A DNA stretch of 63,702 nucleotides, counting the filler, from Rhizaria sp. SCN 62-66 (taxonomy: Eukaryota): assembly GCA_001724265.1 (NCBI GenBank). It is 4 parts of 4 records of this genome, joined end to end, with 100 filler letters (N's around TTAATTAATTAA, not from the genome) between each part and the next. Parts side by side here need not be neighbours in the genome. Positions count along the whole stretch, not along the records: positions 1 to 19,121 come from MEDY01000520.1; 3 more parts are not named here. One strand, given 5' to 3'. Of the stretch, positions 1-13,760 are shown piece after piece. The stretch's first letter is position 1, and every line of letters starts with the position of its first letter. Under the pieces are notes generated by a model. The model saw only the letters and a program-made list of their open reading frames with translations. It searched no databases and had not been told where the DNA came from. The position numbers were made by a program, and so were the translations under genes.

Positions 1-1
1 C

Positions 2-163
2 GTCGAGCCCAAGTTCCGTCTCGTCCGTCAGGAGCTTGCTGAGGCTGCTGGTGCCACCACCCGCAAGCTCCGCAAGGAGACCAAGAACAAGCGCAAGACC
101 CTCCGCGCCACCCAGAAGGACAAGGGAAAGAAGAAGCGCAGCAACGCCGGCGACGACGAGTAA
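2..163 (+). CDS. RPS24: 40S ribosomal protein S24 (eS24), C-terminal fragment, 5' truncated by window
   Basis: Frame 2 reads VEPKFRLVRQELAEAAGATTRKLRKETKNKRKTLRATQKDKGKKKRSNAGDDE then TAA (161-163), matching the eS24 EPKxRLxR...RKxRKExKNxxK C-terminal pattern. Not in the ORF track (no start codon in window). Confidence 0.85.
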   Translation, partial: VEPKFRLVRQELAEAAGATTRKLRKETKNKRKTLRATQKDKGKKKRSNAGDDE

Positions 164-1089
164 GCGCTCAACTTCCCCCACTTCAAAAACACTTCAACAA
201 CCTCATCACTCCCCACCTTCTACCGAGCGTAGCCGCCGCTCTCTCTCCACCGCTCTCTCGCGCTCCTTTCTCTCGATGCATGCCTCGTCTGTCTCTCTCT
301 TTCGCGCCCCGTCTCGTCTCTCCGCTGCACTGCCGCGCCCCTCTGGCGCGCGCGGTGTGTTGCTGAAGCGTCGAGCCGTGGCTATGCCGTCGCTCTGGCG
401 GCGGCGTGAGTCGGTCCGACTGATTTGCACCCGGTATAGGAGCAGCGTGAGAGTGTGAGAGTGTGTGACTCCGTTCATTCAATTGCTGCCATGAATACAA
501 AAAACAAACCTTAATATCTCTCTCCCTAGTCGCCTTTATTGTCCTCTACAACGTCCTCACGTACGCTGGCCCTGTGACTGCTTTGCCCTTACGGCTGCGA
601 GCTGGAATACAGAGGGTTCGTTACTCACACTTTAAAGCTGTTGTAGTACGGTATTGTGTCGTTGTTGCAGCAATTTGTTGCTACAAAGGTGTAATATAAT
701 GCGCATTTTACGTTGTTTTATTTTAAAAGTGGCATTTCGGGCTATTTTGACCTCTGTCTGCTCCGAGATATCACCCGGGCGTGTGCACTCCACTCATCTT
801 TTCTTCATCATGATCATCTCGCACTGTAAGACTTTCTTAGGCGATTATTTGTCCGTCATGCAACATCACTTCGTGACAACTTAGGCTATTGCACATCTTT
901 TTGTATCATTCCACTCACTCCCAGCGTATCTCCACCCGATTTTCTACGCCCTGCTCCTCCCCCTCAAGTCTTCTCTCTCTCGCGCCTCGCTTCCGCCCGC
1001 TCGCCTCCCACCGCTCTTCCCCCGCACTCCCGCCCGTCCCGCCCCGCCGCGCTCCTCCCCGCGCCCCCCGCGAGCGTGCCGCCCCCGCG

Positions 1090-2578
1090 ATGGACGCGTA
1101 CGACGTGGTCGACGTCGTCGGCGAAGGCACCTACGGCGTCGTGCACCGCGCCCGCCACCGCCACTCGGGGCTCCTCGTCGCCATCAAGCAGTTCAAAGAG
1201 GCCGACAACAACGAACAGGTCCGCAAAACGGCCATCCGTGAGATTCGCGTGCTCAAGCAGCTGCAGCACGACAACATTGTCTCGCTCTTCGACGTTTTCC
1301 GCGACAACGGCCGCCTCTACCTTGTGTTTGAGTACGTCGAGCGCGCGCTGCTGCAGGATCTCGAGCGATGCCCCAACGGACTCGACAAGGCCTTCGTGCG
1401 ACCCCTGCTGTACCAGCTCGTCTCGGCGCTCGACTTCATCCACACGCAGGGCTTTGTGCACCGCGACATCAAGCCCGAGAATGTGCTCCTCACCACGCAG
1501 GGCCTCGTCAAGCTTTGCGATTTCGGCTTCGCGCGCCCCTTGGCCGCGCACGCGGGGTCTAAGTACACAGACTACGTCGCCACGCGGTGGTACCGCGCGC
1601 CCGAGCTGCTGGTCGGCATCCCCGACTACGGCCCTGCCGTGGACGTCTGGGCCGTGGGCTGTCTGGCCGCAGAGCTCCTCACGGGGCAGCCCCTCTTCCC
1701 CGGTACGTTATCATGATACCGCAACTAAAACAAAAGATTTGAATGAATATATCGCATCTTATCTTTTTATTACTATATTATAATACGAATTAACACATTA
1801 TTTATTATTTTACTAATTTATATACTTTATTTTCATAATCCTTGTGCTCATATCTCCTCTTTTATGTTTCCACGTTCGTTTATATCTTTTCAGGCGAGAG
1901 CGACGCGGACCAAGTGCACCTGATCACCGCCACGCTGGGCGCGCTGCCGGAGCGTCTGGCGCGCGCTTTCTACGCGAACCCGCTGTACTCGGGCGCCGTG
2001 CTGCCCACCCCTGCGCTGGGCGAGCCCCTCTCGCGGCGTCTGCGCCAGACGAGCAAGTCGACTCTCGCCTTCGTCATCGCGTGTCTGCAGCTCGACCCCG
2101 CGCACCGGCCGACGTGCGCGCAGTTGCTCAAGCACCCGTTCTTCCACGCCGCGTTCGTGCAGTCGTTCGAGGGCGACTATAAGCTCGCCGCGGCCAAGGA
2201 CCGCGAGATGCGCGCTAAGTGCCGCGCCTCGTGTGCGCCACACCTCTTCGCTCAGCCCCCCGTGCAACAGCCCTCTCAGCAGCCCGCTCCCGTCACGTCT
2301 ACTGCTGCTGCTGGCGCGATCGCGCCGCCGCCGGGGCCGGTTGCGATGTCCACTGCCGGGCTTAACCAGCAGCAACAGCAGCAACAGCAACAGCAGATGC
2401 AGATGCAACAGCAGCAGCAATTGCGTCAGCAGCAGCAACAGATGCAATTACAGCAGCAACAGCAGCAACAGCAGCAGCAGATGCAGCAGCAGTTTGCTTC
2501 GATGGCGCTGTCTCAGTCACCACCGCAGTCGCAGCTCTCGTTCCAGCAGCAACAATTGCAGCAACAGCTCCAGCAACA

Positions 2579-2629
<51 letters not shown>

Positions 2630-3541
2630 GGGCAGGGCTAAGGCCGGTCAGCTGTCACCGACTGGCGCGGCGACACAGCAACAGCAGTTCGCCTACAGTA
2701 CCGTCCCCAACCAACAGCTGCCGCCGCAGCAGCAGCAGCAGGCTCAGCAGGCTCAGCAGCAGCAATACATGCCACAGCAGGGTTACGGCGTTGGCGCTGG
2801 CCACGTTGGCGGTGTAAGTAGCCTGAGTGTAAGGGGCCACTCGCTCAGCCCCGATCGTGACACTGCTCACAGTCACTCACACGCTCACATCAACAACAAT
2901 ATCAGCAACAACAATAACATGATGATGACAGCGACCAGTGCCAACGGCAACGCTTTCTACGACAGCAACAACAGCACTGGTGGCGTCAACCGGTTCGGCT
3001 CAGTGACCGTGAGCAACAACACCAGCAGCGGCGTGCATGGGAATGCGGCCAGTCAGGGCCAGTTCCACGCCCCGGCCCCCGGCTCTCTGTTCCGTGCCCC
3101 GCCCCCTCTCCAGCAGCAGCAACAACAGCAGCAGCAGTCTCTGCAGCAGCAGCAGCAGCTGCAGCAGGCGGGTTCTGTTGTCACTGGCTCTCAGCCCGGC
3201 GCTCTCAGCCAGCAGGGCCTGGGGCTGCCGCAGTCCTTCTGCCAGACCCAGGGCTTCACCGCACCAGGCACTGCAAACCCCGCGGGTCCCACGGGCCCCG
3301 CGGGTACCGCTAGCTTTGGCGTTAGTGGTGGCGGTCTGCGGTCGTCGGCCTCGGTGTCGCAGCTCGTCCTCACGTCGCTGCCGCACCCCAACTTCGGCGC
3401 CACCAACGGCGGCATCGGCAGCAACAACATCATGTACACGAGCCGGCCCTACAACGTCACCGCGGCGGGGAACAACGCCGGTCTCATGATCACCGGCACG
3501 GGCGCGATGAACGCTAACGCCACCACTGGCTCTGTCGGCGG

Positions 3542-3586
<45 letters not shown>

Positions 3587-4768
3587 GCAGCAGCCGCTGT
3601 CTTTGGCCCACTCGATGTCGCAGACGCGTGACCGCGAGCACTCCGTCCCCCGCGACCCCCTCCAGCAGCAGCAGCAGTTGTGGCAGCCTGGCTCGCAGCA
3701 CCCCCAGGGTGACCGTGAGCACGCGTTGCCGACGGCGCCCCGCGAGTACGGCCAGCTGGACCGGGCACTCACGCTCACGGTTCTTTCGGGCCGGCAGCGC
3801 CGCAAGCAGGCCGGCCAGCTCTACTCCGAGGTGCCACACATCACGCTATACCAGCAGCAGCAGCAGTTGCTGCAGCAACAACAGCAGCTGCAGCAGCAGC
3901 AGCAGGGTGGCGTGGGGGCCAACGCCAGCGGCGGCGCCACGGGCCACCACAGTCCGAGCCGTTTCACCGTGAACGCGGCCAGCATCAGCAGCAGCAACAC
4001 CGCGGGCGGCATGTTCAACCGGTCGGTCAGCGGCGCCGTCGTCCTCAACGCCGGCGGCAACAACGCTGCTGCTGGAACGGTGGGCGGCGACGCGCAGGCG
4101 CGGCTTAACTTGGAGGCGACCGGCGTCGCGTTTTTCAACCCCAACGTGAGCGCTACTACCGCCGCCGCCGCCGCCGCCGCCGCTGCCGCAGCTGGTAACG
4201 CCAACGGCTCCGCGTCCGTCGGCAACTCCCCCGTCCGTGGGCGGCCTCACTTCAGTCCCCAGCAGCCGCAGCCGCAGGGGACGACTGACCGCGAGCAGTC
4301 TCCTAACAGGAGCCTTTCGAGGCACCGCAAAAGACTAGCTCTCAACGGTAACAACAACACCACTAGCAGCTCTCGAGTCTCGTCGCAGTTGCCGTTGCAG
4401 CAACAGCAGCAGAACGGCGGCTTCACTGCGGCGAACGGCGTCGGCGCGAACAGCTTTGGCACCTCTGGAGGTCCTAACACCCAGGGCGCCGCGATTGGCA
4501 ACGCTGGCGGCGGCGGCGGCGGCGGCGGCAGCGGCAGCGGCAGCGGCGATTACGAGCTCGAGTGCGAGGTTGCTGAGGAGCTTGACACCAGTCTCACAGT
4601 CAGTGGCAGCAGCCGGAACAACATCGCCGTTGCCGTCGGGACGAATTCCAACAACATCAACAACAACAGCAGTGCAAAGGACGACGACGAGGACGAGGAC
4701 GAAGGACTTGATGAGCGCCTCGTGTGGCTGCAGCTGCAGCAGCAACAGCAGCAGCAGGAGCAGCAGCA

Positions 4769-4839
<71 letters not shown>

Positions 4840-5351
4840 AGCAGCTGCAGCAGCAGCAGCTGCAGGCTACGCAGCCTGGCGTCCCCAGCTACAGCGGCGA
4901 CGGCGATCTAGCGAGCTACGCAGGCGGCCTAACCTCCTACGCGCGCTCCGTTGCGGCAAACAACAACATGAGCGGCAGCATCGTGTACGACAACAGCGCC
5001 TTCAGCACCACGGCGGTTGGGCTCGGCAGCCTCAGCCCTTCGGCCTCGTACAATGCCAACGGCGCAAATGCCAACAACACGGGTAGTAACGGCATTAACA
5101 GCAGCGGTGGAGGCGTGAGTGTGAATGCCAACGCTGTTGGGGCTGTGAACGGCGGTGTGATTAGCAGTGACATTGAGGAGGAGTATTGCTTTGAGCAACA
5201 ACAGTCCTCCCACTCGCCGCCGCACTTGCAGTCACTGATGCAGTCGCAGTTAGCAGTCGCAGATAACGTGGCGCCGGCGATGACTGCGGGCGGCGCGAAT
5301 AGCAGTGAGGTTATTGAGGAGATCCCTACTGCGATTGCCGATGATTATTAA
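1090..5351 (+). CDS. Cyclin-dependent kinase-like (CDKL family) kinase with a ~1,000-aa Q/N/G/A-rich tail; 2 exons, 1356 aa
   Basis: Exons 1090-1702 and 1894-5351 (intron GTACGT...TTTCAG) join PLFP-G-ESDADQ. Motifs GEGTYGVV, VAIKQFKE, VRKTAIREIR, HRDIKPEN, DFGFAR and YTDYVATRWYRAPELLVG (TDY activation loop) are typical of CDKL. Stop TAA. Confidence 0.92.
2367..2627 (+). repeat. CAG/CAA polyglutamine tracts in the CDKL tail (further tracts at about 3111-3165, 3546-3593, 3852-3905 and 4731-4866)
   Basis: Long (CAG)n runs interspersed with CAA, read directly from the sequence. Confidence 0.95.
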
Positions 5352-5760
5352 GTAATAACACAAAACAAGTGTTGGTGATCTTACCAGAGCTCAAATAACT
5401 TAGGTTGTTTTGAGGAAAGAGAGGATTTAACGCGGTTGCTGCGCGTTTTACGAGTTTTATATAGATTTTTTAGATTTCAAGATTAATGTACTCCTGTTAA
5501 TACATCCATTAATTATTTTCGTGTTTGTTTCAGTTGACTTATCTCTTAGTTTATAGACTGGCAGCGCGTGTGTGGTCAGGCGTTTTTTTAGGAACCGCAG
5601 CCTCGTAATTGGGACAGCGAGCGAGCAAGTCGGCCGGCCGGCGCGGGCTGCGCGCACTCGCACGGTGGGACTCATTTTCCGTGGTTTAGTTATGATCTGG
5701 TGCTGCTTTAGACCATCGTCATAGCTACGTGCTTTCTTTTTAAAGTCGCTCGTACCCACC

Positions 5761-8535
5761 ATGTCGTCTACCGTGTCTGATTTGCCCGTGCAGCGCATTG
5801 AGGAGCTTAATGTTGAGACCCTCGACCCCTACAACCTTACCGTCATGGCCCACCAGGTTCGTCCCGCTTCTCCTTCCTTCCCGTCTCGTCATCCTACCAT
5901 GATTTCTTTTGCAATAACGTGCCAGCTACTGTAGCTATCTATTCGTCTTTGCAACTACTCCATCTGTCGCTGTTATCATGTGGAAAGTAACGTGCGAAGA
6001 GGTTGACTTGCTCCTCTCCCCTCGCTTTCCACTCCTCCATCTTCACCCCATCGCTCTCCGCTCCATGATCCTCCGCAATGATCTCACGCATCATTCTCGC
6101 AACTCTCCCACTAACTTTACCATATCCACCTCCTTTCTGCTCATTTCCCCCTCTTCTCCCCTCCCCCGCACGCTCCGCAACGCTTGCGCCCTCCCTGCTG
6201 TCTCGCTTGTCTCTTGTTTTCCCGCGCGCGCTCTCCTCCTCTGTCGCTTCTCAACGTCACCACAGGCTACCGTCAACATCGGTACCATTGGCCACGTCCA
6301 GCACGGCAAGTCCACCGTCGTCAAGTCCATCTCCGGCACCAACGTACGTCTGCCTCGACCACACACAACATCGAACGAAGCTCAACGCTGAGCCAGGAAG
6401 CTAGACTCTCTTAGCGACGTTATCTCTCGACTCATCCGCGCCACATCGCGCTAATTTCTACACCACGCCCCTATCCGACATGTTTTCTCACGGTCCAACT
6501 TCCCATCGTGTCATTTCCTCTTTTCTGTGCCCCTACGCACTCAACCCCTCCACACAACTTGCACACAACTTACTCTACTACCACAACTACAGACCATTCG
6601 TTTCAAGGATGAGCGTTACATGAACATCACCATCAAGCTCGGCTACGCCAACGCCAAGATCTACAAGTGCGACAACCCCAAGTGCCTGCGCCCCGACAAC
6701 TACCGCAGCTTCCCGTCGTCGATGAACCAGATGAAGCCGGCCTGCCTCAAGTGTCAGTCGCCCATGACCCTGCAGCGCCACGTGTCCTTCGTCGACTGTC
6801 CCGGCCACGAGCTTCTCATGGCTACCATGCTCAACGGCGCCGCCGTCATGGACGCCGCGCTGCTGCTCATCGCCGGCAACGAAGCGTGCCCGCAGCTCCA
6901 GACCTCGGAGCACTTGGCCGCCGTCGAGATCATGAAGCTGCGCAATATCATCATCCTGCAGAACAAGATCGACCTCGTCAAGGAGAAGGAGGCCGCCTCG
7001 CAGTACGATGAGATTCTCAACTTCGTCCGCGGCACCGTCGCCGATGGCGCCCCCATCATCCCCATCTCGGCCCAGCTCCGGTACGTTGTAGCATTTATCA
7101 AAACAAATATAGACGAGATAGTAGTAGTGTGTTTTTATAATCTAGGCATTGTTGTGAGTTATTTCATGTAGTTTTATGTTATTTAGACCAATATTACATC
7201 ATTTAACTCACATATACCTCTTGAATTTCCTTATTTTGGCTTTTTAGCTACAACATCGAGGTCGTGTGCGAGTACATCTGCACCAAGATCCCTAAGCCCA
7301 TCCGCGACTTCACTTCCTCGCCCCGCTTCGTGGTCATCCGCTCCTTCGACGTCAACCTCCCCGGTGACGATGTCGAGAACCTCAAGGGTGGCGTCGCCGG
7401 CGGCTCCGTGCTGCGCGGTGTGCTCAAGCTCGGCCAGGCCATCGAGGTCCGCCCCGGTACGTGCCTCGAGCAAACAAACAAAGAAACAACAAGATATCCG
7501 CGTTATACCCAACATATACGCGTTAATTCTATGATTTTTCTCGACAATAATGTAATTGGTGTCTTTTTGTCAAGTTTTGCGTTAGTCAAATATTCTCACC
7601 AACCACATCACACTTCTGTTAATGCTTTTCGTAGGTTTCATCACCCGTGACGCGGACAACCAGACCAAGTGCCTGACGATCTACTCGAACGTGCTCTCGC
7701 TTAAGGCCGAGGCCAACTCGCTCCAGTACGCTGTGCCCGGCGGGCTCATCGGCGTTGGCACTCGCATCGACCCCAACCTCACCCGCGCCGACCGTCTCGT
7801 CGGACAGGTACGTGCTGCATTTCTCTCTCATATCACGAAATTACGCCTTTTATTGGGCAATGGGTCGACCAGCGAGACGAGACTTCGGGTTTTGTATTGT
7901 TTTCGGCTCTCGAGCGCTATCATATCTCTCACTGTATCTCACACATCCCTTGCTCACCTTCACTGCTGTCTCTTTTTTTCTTCATTGTTATCCTCTGGCT
8001 CACGACAGGTCATCGGCGAGGTCGGCAAGCTGCCCGAGGTCTTCACCGAGATCGAAATCTCCTACTTCCTGCTGCGTCACCTGCTCGGCGTGCGCACGGA
8101 CCCCACGCAGAAGAAGTCTGGCCGCATCGCCAAGCTCGCTCGCGGCGAGGTACGCCCGAATCCCACATCCTCACATGTTATATCTATTAATCCAGTGTGT
8201 TGTTTTGTATCGTTTTCAATTTTTGATTTCTCTCTTTCTCTCGTGACATGTATCTCACTTTTCATACTTTACAATTATTGTTCATCGATTATATTCAGGT
8301 GCTCATGGTCAACATCGGCTCCACCTCGACCGGCGCGCGCGTGCTCTCGGTCAAGGGTGACCTGGCCAAGTTCGTGCTGACGACGCCTGTGTGCTCGTTC
8401 GAGGGCGAGAAGCTCGCGCTTTCGCGCCGCGTGGAGAAGCACTGGCGCCTCATCGGCTGGGGCATCATCCGCCGCGGCGTCTCGGTCGCCGAGGAGGGCG
8501 AGGAGGAGGACGAGGAGGTCGAGGCAAACGCCTAA
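5761..8535 (+). CDS. EIF2S3: Translation initiation factor eIF2 gamma subunit; 7 exons, 473 aa
   Basis: Exons 5761-5856, 6266-6343, 6593-7080, 7248-7456, 7635-7807, 8009-8149 and 8299-8535; all introns GT-AG and phase-consistent (1422 nt). Motifs [66 protein letters not shown] and [15 protein letters not shown]. Stop TAA. Confidence 0.97.
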
Positions 8536-9140
8536 GTTAGATCTCTAGCTCACGGCGCCACCGCCGGACTCGCGGGGTAGGCTTAAGAGGGGGGGCTCGC
8601 GGGCAGTCTCTTCAGGAAAGGGTATTGAGGTGCGGTCTGTCTAAGCGAAAGAGAGAGACAAATGGAATAGCTTTCTTTGAGCTATCTGTTTTGTTGCTGT
8701 TTATTAAACAGCATCGACAGTGTCTGTCTGTTTAGAAGTATGACTTAAGAGGAGAAAGAGATTGTCGAGTCGCCCTTTGTGATGATGATAATGGTGATTT
8801 ACTAAAGCAAAGAAAATTAGCGTAAAACGCGTAAAACTAAAAGAAATATGTAACTAAAATAGCAAAGATATACGTATTTACAGTTAGTCGTATTGTAATA
8901 TTAGCCAATAATACAGAACAATGTTATCAAATGGATGTTGAGTTTGATCAATTCAAGTTCCGGGTTTTACTTGAATTTCGATGCTGTCATAAACAAATCT
9001 TCTTAATTATAGCACAATGAGAAAGTCGAGTTGCAAGCATTATTGATTAAATATTGGTAGCATAATTAAAATGTACTTTTATTTTTAATTATCAATCTCT
9101 AACTATATAAATCCATTCCAAAAAAATGCTTAAAGATGTT

Positions 9141-12100
9141 TTAAGGAGTCGCAGTCGTTTCAGCAGCTGCCGGCTCAACGTCGTCGTCCTCATTGATGCT
9201 GCTGCCGTCGTGGTTGACCTCACTCATGTTGCTCGCAACGTTGTCTGCAGTGGGACTGAGAAGCTCCGCGTCTAACAACTTCGCCACTGAGTTGTCGTCA
9301 GCAGAAGCAGAAGCAGCGAGCGTCGTGCCGCCACCGTCGCCGTCGGTGTTATCGACTGCAGCAGCAGTAGTAACAGCGATGTCAGCCTCAGTCTCAGACT
9401 CAGCAACGGCGCTCGCAGCGGCAACAGCAGCGGAGGGAGACTTTGGTTCTAGCTGAGACTGCTGAGCGTTTGCGTCATCGTTGTTCTCACTCTGAGTGAC
9501 TGTGACGGCGCCAACCGGAATGTCGGTGTTGCCCGCAGCCGCGGCCCGGGGGCTAGCGAGGGGCCGCGGCTGCGACGGCGGCCGGGACTGCGGCCGGGAC
9601 GGCGACTGCGACTGCGAGCTCGGGGTGGCCAGCGCACTGACGTCTGAGCGATGCCGCTGGTGGTCACCGTCTAAGTGCCCCTTGAACGAGTCCTCGGAGT
9701 CTAAGGCGGCGCCACTTGCGTCTAAGGGCAGCGGTGCAAGTGAGAGAGCAAGCGAGGGCTCTTGAGTGTCGTTGCCGCCGTCGCCGCTGTTGCTAGCGGG
9801 CAACGGCTGCGCGCTGGGAGCTGGCGACGGCGAACGCGAGCGGGAACGGTGCTTAGATTTACCACTAGCGCCTTTAGAGCCAGCGCTGGAGCCCTTAGAT
9901 GCCGCCGAGGCACTCTTTGCGCCTGCACTGTGACCACTGACGGCCCCAGCTTTAGCGCCCGCGCGACTCGTGTTCGCAGCGGTCGCAGCGGCGGCCACAG
10001 CACCAGTGGCGCCATGAGCAGGAGCAGCAGCAGAGCGGCCGCGAGCGCTGCCGGCGCCACTGTCCGCGTGAGCCCCAGCGCCAGCACCGCCGGCAACAGT
10101 AACAACAGCGGGTGCAGCGGGTGTAGCGGCGCTTCTGCCGCTCCTGACGTGGCTGGCACTGCCGCCGCTGCCGTGGCCGCCGCCGCCGCCGTGGCCGCCG
10201 CCGCTCGCGCCGCCGGCGCCGTGCACGACGACGCGGCGCTTGCGAGGGGACTTGCCGTTGCTGCTGCTCGCCTCAGCTGCCGCGGCAGCAGCGGCCGCGG
10301 CCGCAGCGGCCTCGGCCTCCGCCGCGGCAGTAGCCGCAGTCGCAGCAGCAGCTTCGGCCTCTGCAGCCGCCGCGGCCTCAGCCTCCGCCTCCGCCTCCGC
10401 CGCCAGCAGCACAGTTGTCAGCGGCGCATTGAGCCGCGCGCCCGAGCCGTTCGCGCCACTGCTGTTGCTGTTGTTGCCGGCCGTGTGGTCGTGCACAGTG
10501 GCGAGGGCGCGCGCGCGGGCGCCGGCGGAGGGGCGGGCCCTGCTGTTGCGGTCGCCAGGGGCCATAGAGTTGACACTCAAACCAACATGGAAGTTGCGAT
10601 TGTTGTTGTCGCCGTCGTCATCGTTACTGTTGTTGGCAAACTGAACGAGGTTCTCGCTGCTGCGGACACCATGGAGAGCGTTGTCGTCGTTCGCCATGGG
10701 ATCGCTGCCGAACAGGTCGTTGCTCCGCCGCGAGGTGTCCCGGTGGAAGTCGTCGATGTCGTCAGCAGCGTCATCGTGGTCGTCATCGTCGCCGCCGCCG
10801 CCGCTGTTAGCGCGGGCGACCGCGTTCTCCCGCATCACGTTCACGTTGGTGTCATAGTGCTTGTCGCTGTTGCTGTTGTTGCCGCTTTTGCCGATGTCGT
10901 CGTCGTCGTCGTCGTGGCCGTTGTGGTCGTCAGATAGCAGGTCCATCAGCGTCGCCTTGGTCTTGGCGCTCACGCGGCTGCTGTTGGCGATCACACCCAC
11001 ATCGCCCGCTGGAGCAGCGTCGTCATTCGCAGCGTCCGCCGCGTCGCTCGTGCTCGCGTTGGAGCTACCCACGTTCGCCGCCGCTGCTGCCGCCGCCGCC
11101 GTAGCCGCGGCCACGACCGCCGCGGCGGTCTCGGCCTCGGCCTCGGCCTCAGCCGCGCGCGCCGCTGCAGCCGCCTCGGCCTCCGCCTCCGCCTCGGCCT
11201 TGGCCCGCTTGGCGCGGCGCCGCTCTGCCTTGCGCGCCGCGGCCGCCGCGGCCGCCACGGCTTCGGCCTCGGCCGCGGCGGCCGCCTGGCCCGCTGGACT
11301 GGCCCGCGCGGCTGCGGCGGCCGCGGCGGCGCGCGCGGTGGCCTCCTCGAGCGCGACCAGGGGGCTGGGCCGCGGCTCCAAGGGCGCCACGGCCCGCAGC
11401 CGCGCCGGGATGCGCGCGGCCGCGGAGGCGGCGTTGGCCGCAGAGCCAGCAGCGGCCGTGCCGCCCCCGCCGGCGCCGCTGCTGCCGCCGGTGAGAAGAT
11501 GGTGCTTGAGCGCGCGCGCGATGGGCAGCGTGGGCAGCAGATCCTGCAGCGCGGCGGCGCGCGCCACGGCCGCCGCGTCGGGCGGCGGCGGCGGCGGCAG
11601 GCGCGGCGGTTTGGTCGAGAACGAGAGCTGCGTCGCCAGGTCGTTGCTGATGTCGACGTTCGGCGGCAGCACGAAGAAGCTGCTGTCGCTGCCGTTCTTA
11701 CCGCCGCTGCCATTGCTCGAGGCAGCAGCAGCCGCAGAAGCAGCGGCGGCCGCAGCGTCTGCGTGAGCGCCGGTACTGCTGCCGCTGGGCAGGGCCGTGT
11801 CGGTGGTCTCCCCGCTGCCGTCGTTGCTCTCGCCGCCCGCAGCGATGAACCGGCGCCACGCCCCCGTCACGGCCACGGCGCCGTTGGCGGGCGTTCCGAG
11901 CCCCGCGCCCGCGCCCGCGCCGGCGCTCTTGGAGAGAGCCGTCGTGCCGGTGGCCCCGGCGCCGCGCGCGCTCGAGAGGCCGCGGACACCAGCGGTCCCG
12001 GAACGCGTGCCCGCGCCTGCGCCCGCGCCAGAGCCGGTGTTGGCGGCGGGGAGCGCGCCGACCGAGAGGTAGGCCTTGTGGAACAGGCGTGCGAGCGCGA

Positions 12101-12994
12101 CGGGGTCCAGGTGGCTCATGCCGCTGGGCGTGCCAGAGCCCGATCCCGCGCCTGCGCCCGCGCCCGCGCCTGTGCCGGGCTTGGGGGCCGCGCCGAGAGC
12201 CACGCGGGGCGTGCTTGCACCGCCCAAGGCGGCCAGCGCGGCGGAGGAGCCGAGGACCGCCGTGCCGGCGTGGCCGCGCGCGGTGAGGGGGTGTGCCTGG
12301 CCGTGGCCGTGGCCGTGGCCGCCGAGGTCGCCGTCGGCCCCGTCCATCGCAGCAGCGGCTGCCGCAGCACCGTCGACGTGACCGCTGTCGTGGTGGTTGC
12401 CGCTGCAGCTACCGTAGCCGTCGTGGGTAGCGGGGAAGCTGACCGTGACGGGCACCGGCGGCGGCGCCAGCGCGGCCAGCCGCGGCTCCCACAGGCGCGG
12501 TTGCACGTACCAAGCGCCGTAGCCGCGGCGCCGGATCTCGCGCGCCTCGTTGCGCAGCGTGGCGAGTAGGTGCGCGCGCGCCGTCGCCGCCAGCGGATCA
12601 AGACTCGCACCGCGCACGTGCGTGTACGCGCTCGCGCCCGTGCGGCGCGACTGCAGAGCAGCCAAGTCGGCGCTCGCCGCGGCGGCGTCGGCGTCACCGG
12701 CGTCACCGCCGCCGGCGGTACTGCTGCCACTGGCGGCCGAGTTGGCGTTGGGGTCGGCGTTGACGCTGAACAGCAGCGCGAGCTGCGGCGGCAGGTCGCG
12801 GGCCACGGTAAGGCGGGCCGAGGCGCGGGTGACGATCGACACGCGCGCGCTGGAGGAGGAGCTAGAGCTGGAGCTGGAGCCAGACTTGCATGGCTTGGAC
12901 ATGGCCTTGGCCTTGGATTTAGGCTTGTTAGGGTTGTCAACCTTGTTCCTATCACCGTCGCTGTCGCCGCCGTCACTGTCGAGACCATCATTGC

Positions 12995-13046
<52 letters not shown>

Positions 13047-13672
13047 GCTGTGGTTGTTGTTGTGGTTTGGGTCGCTGCTGTAACGGCGACGCTTGTCTTG
13101 CTCCGGGAAATGGTCGTTGTCGCCGTCACCGCCGTTCTTGGTATCGTCGCCACCGTTGTAGCCGCTGCCGCCGCCGTCGTCGTCGCTGTCACCGTTCGAC
13201 TCGAACTCGCTCTCCGTGTCCGAGTGCAGCAGCGGCACCAGCGCCTCGGCGCCCACCAGCACGGCCCGCGCCGTCGTGTCGCCCCAGTTCGAACCCAGGG
13301 CCATGCCAGCGCCCGTGTCTGCGCCTGCGGCCGCGGCAGCAGCGGCGGCGGCGGTCGTCGCCCTTGTCCCGCTGCTGCCCCCACTCGCACTGGCGCTGAT
13401 GCTGGCTAGGAGCGAGTGCGCAGCGGCCGTGGTCGTGGCCGAGGGCCGCGAGTCGAGCTGAGCCAGCAGTGACAGCAACGCACCATTGCTCGCGCCCTTG
13501 CTCGCGCCGCCGCCCGCGCCGCCGCCGGGTGCGAGAAAGGCGAGGACGGTGTCCAGCGTGACGGCGTCCGAGTTTGCGCCCGTGCTCACATTGTGTCCGC
13601 TGTGAGCAGTCGCATTGGCGCCCGAGGTGTTCCCAGGAGTGACTGTCTGTGACTTGTTGTAATTGTTGTTGC

Positions 13673-13760
<88 letters not shown>

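Noticed and set aside
889-1089. N-terminal extension of the kinase in the ORF track
   Set aside because: TTG-initiated, pyrimidine-rich leader; the ATG at 1090 (MDAYDVV) is the typical CDKL start.
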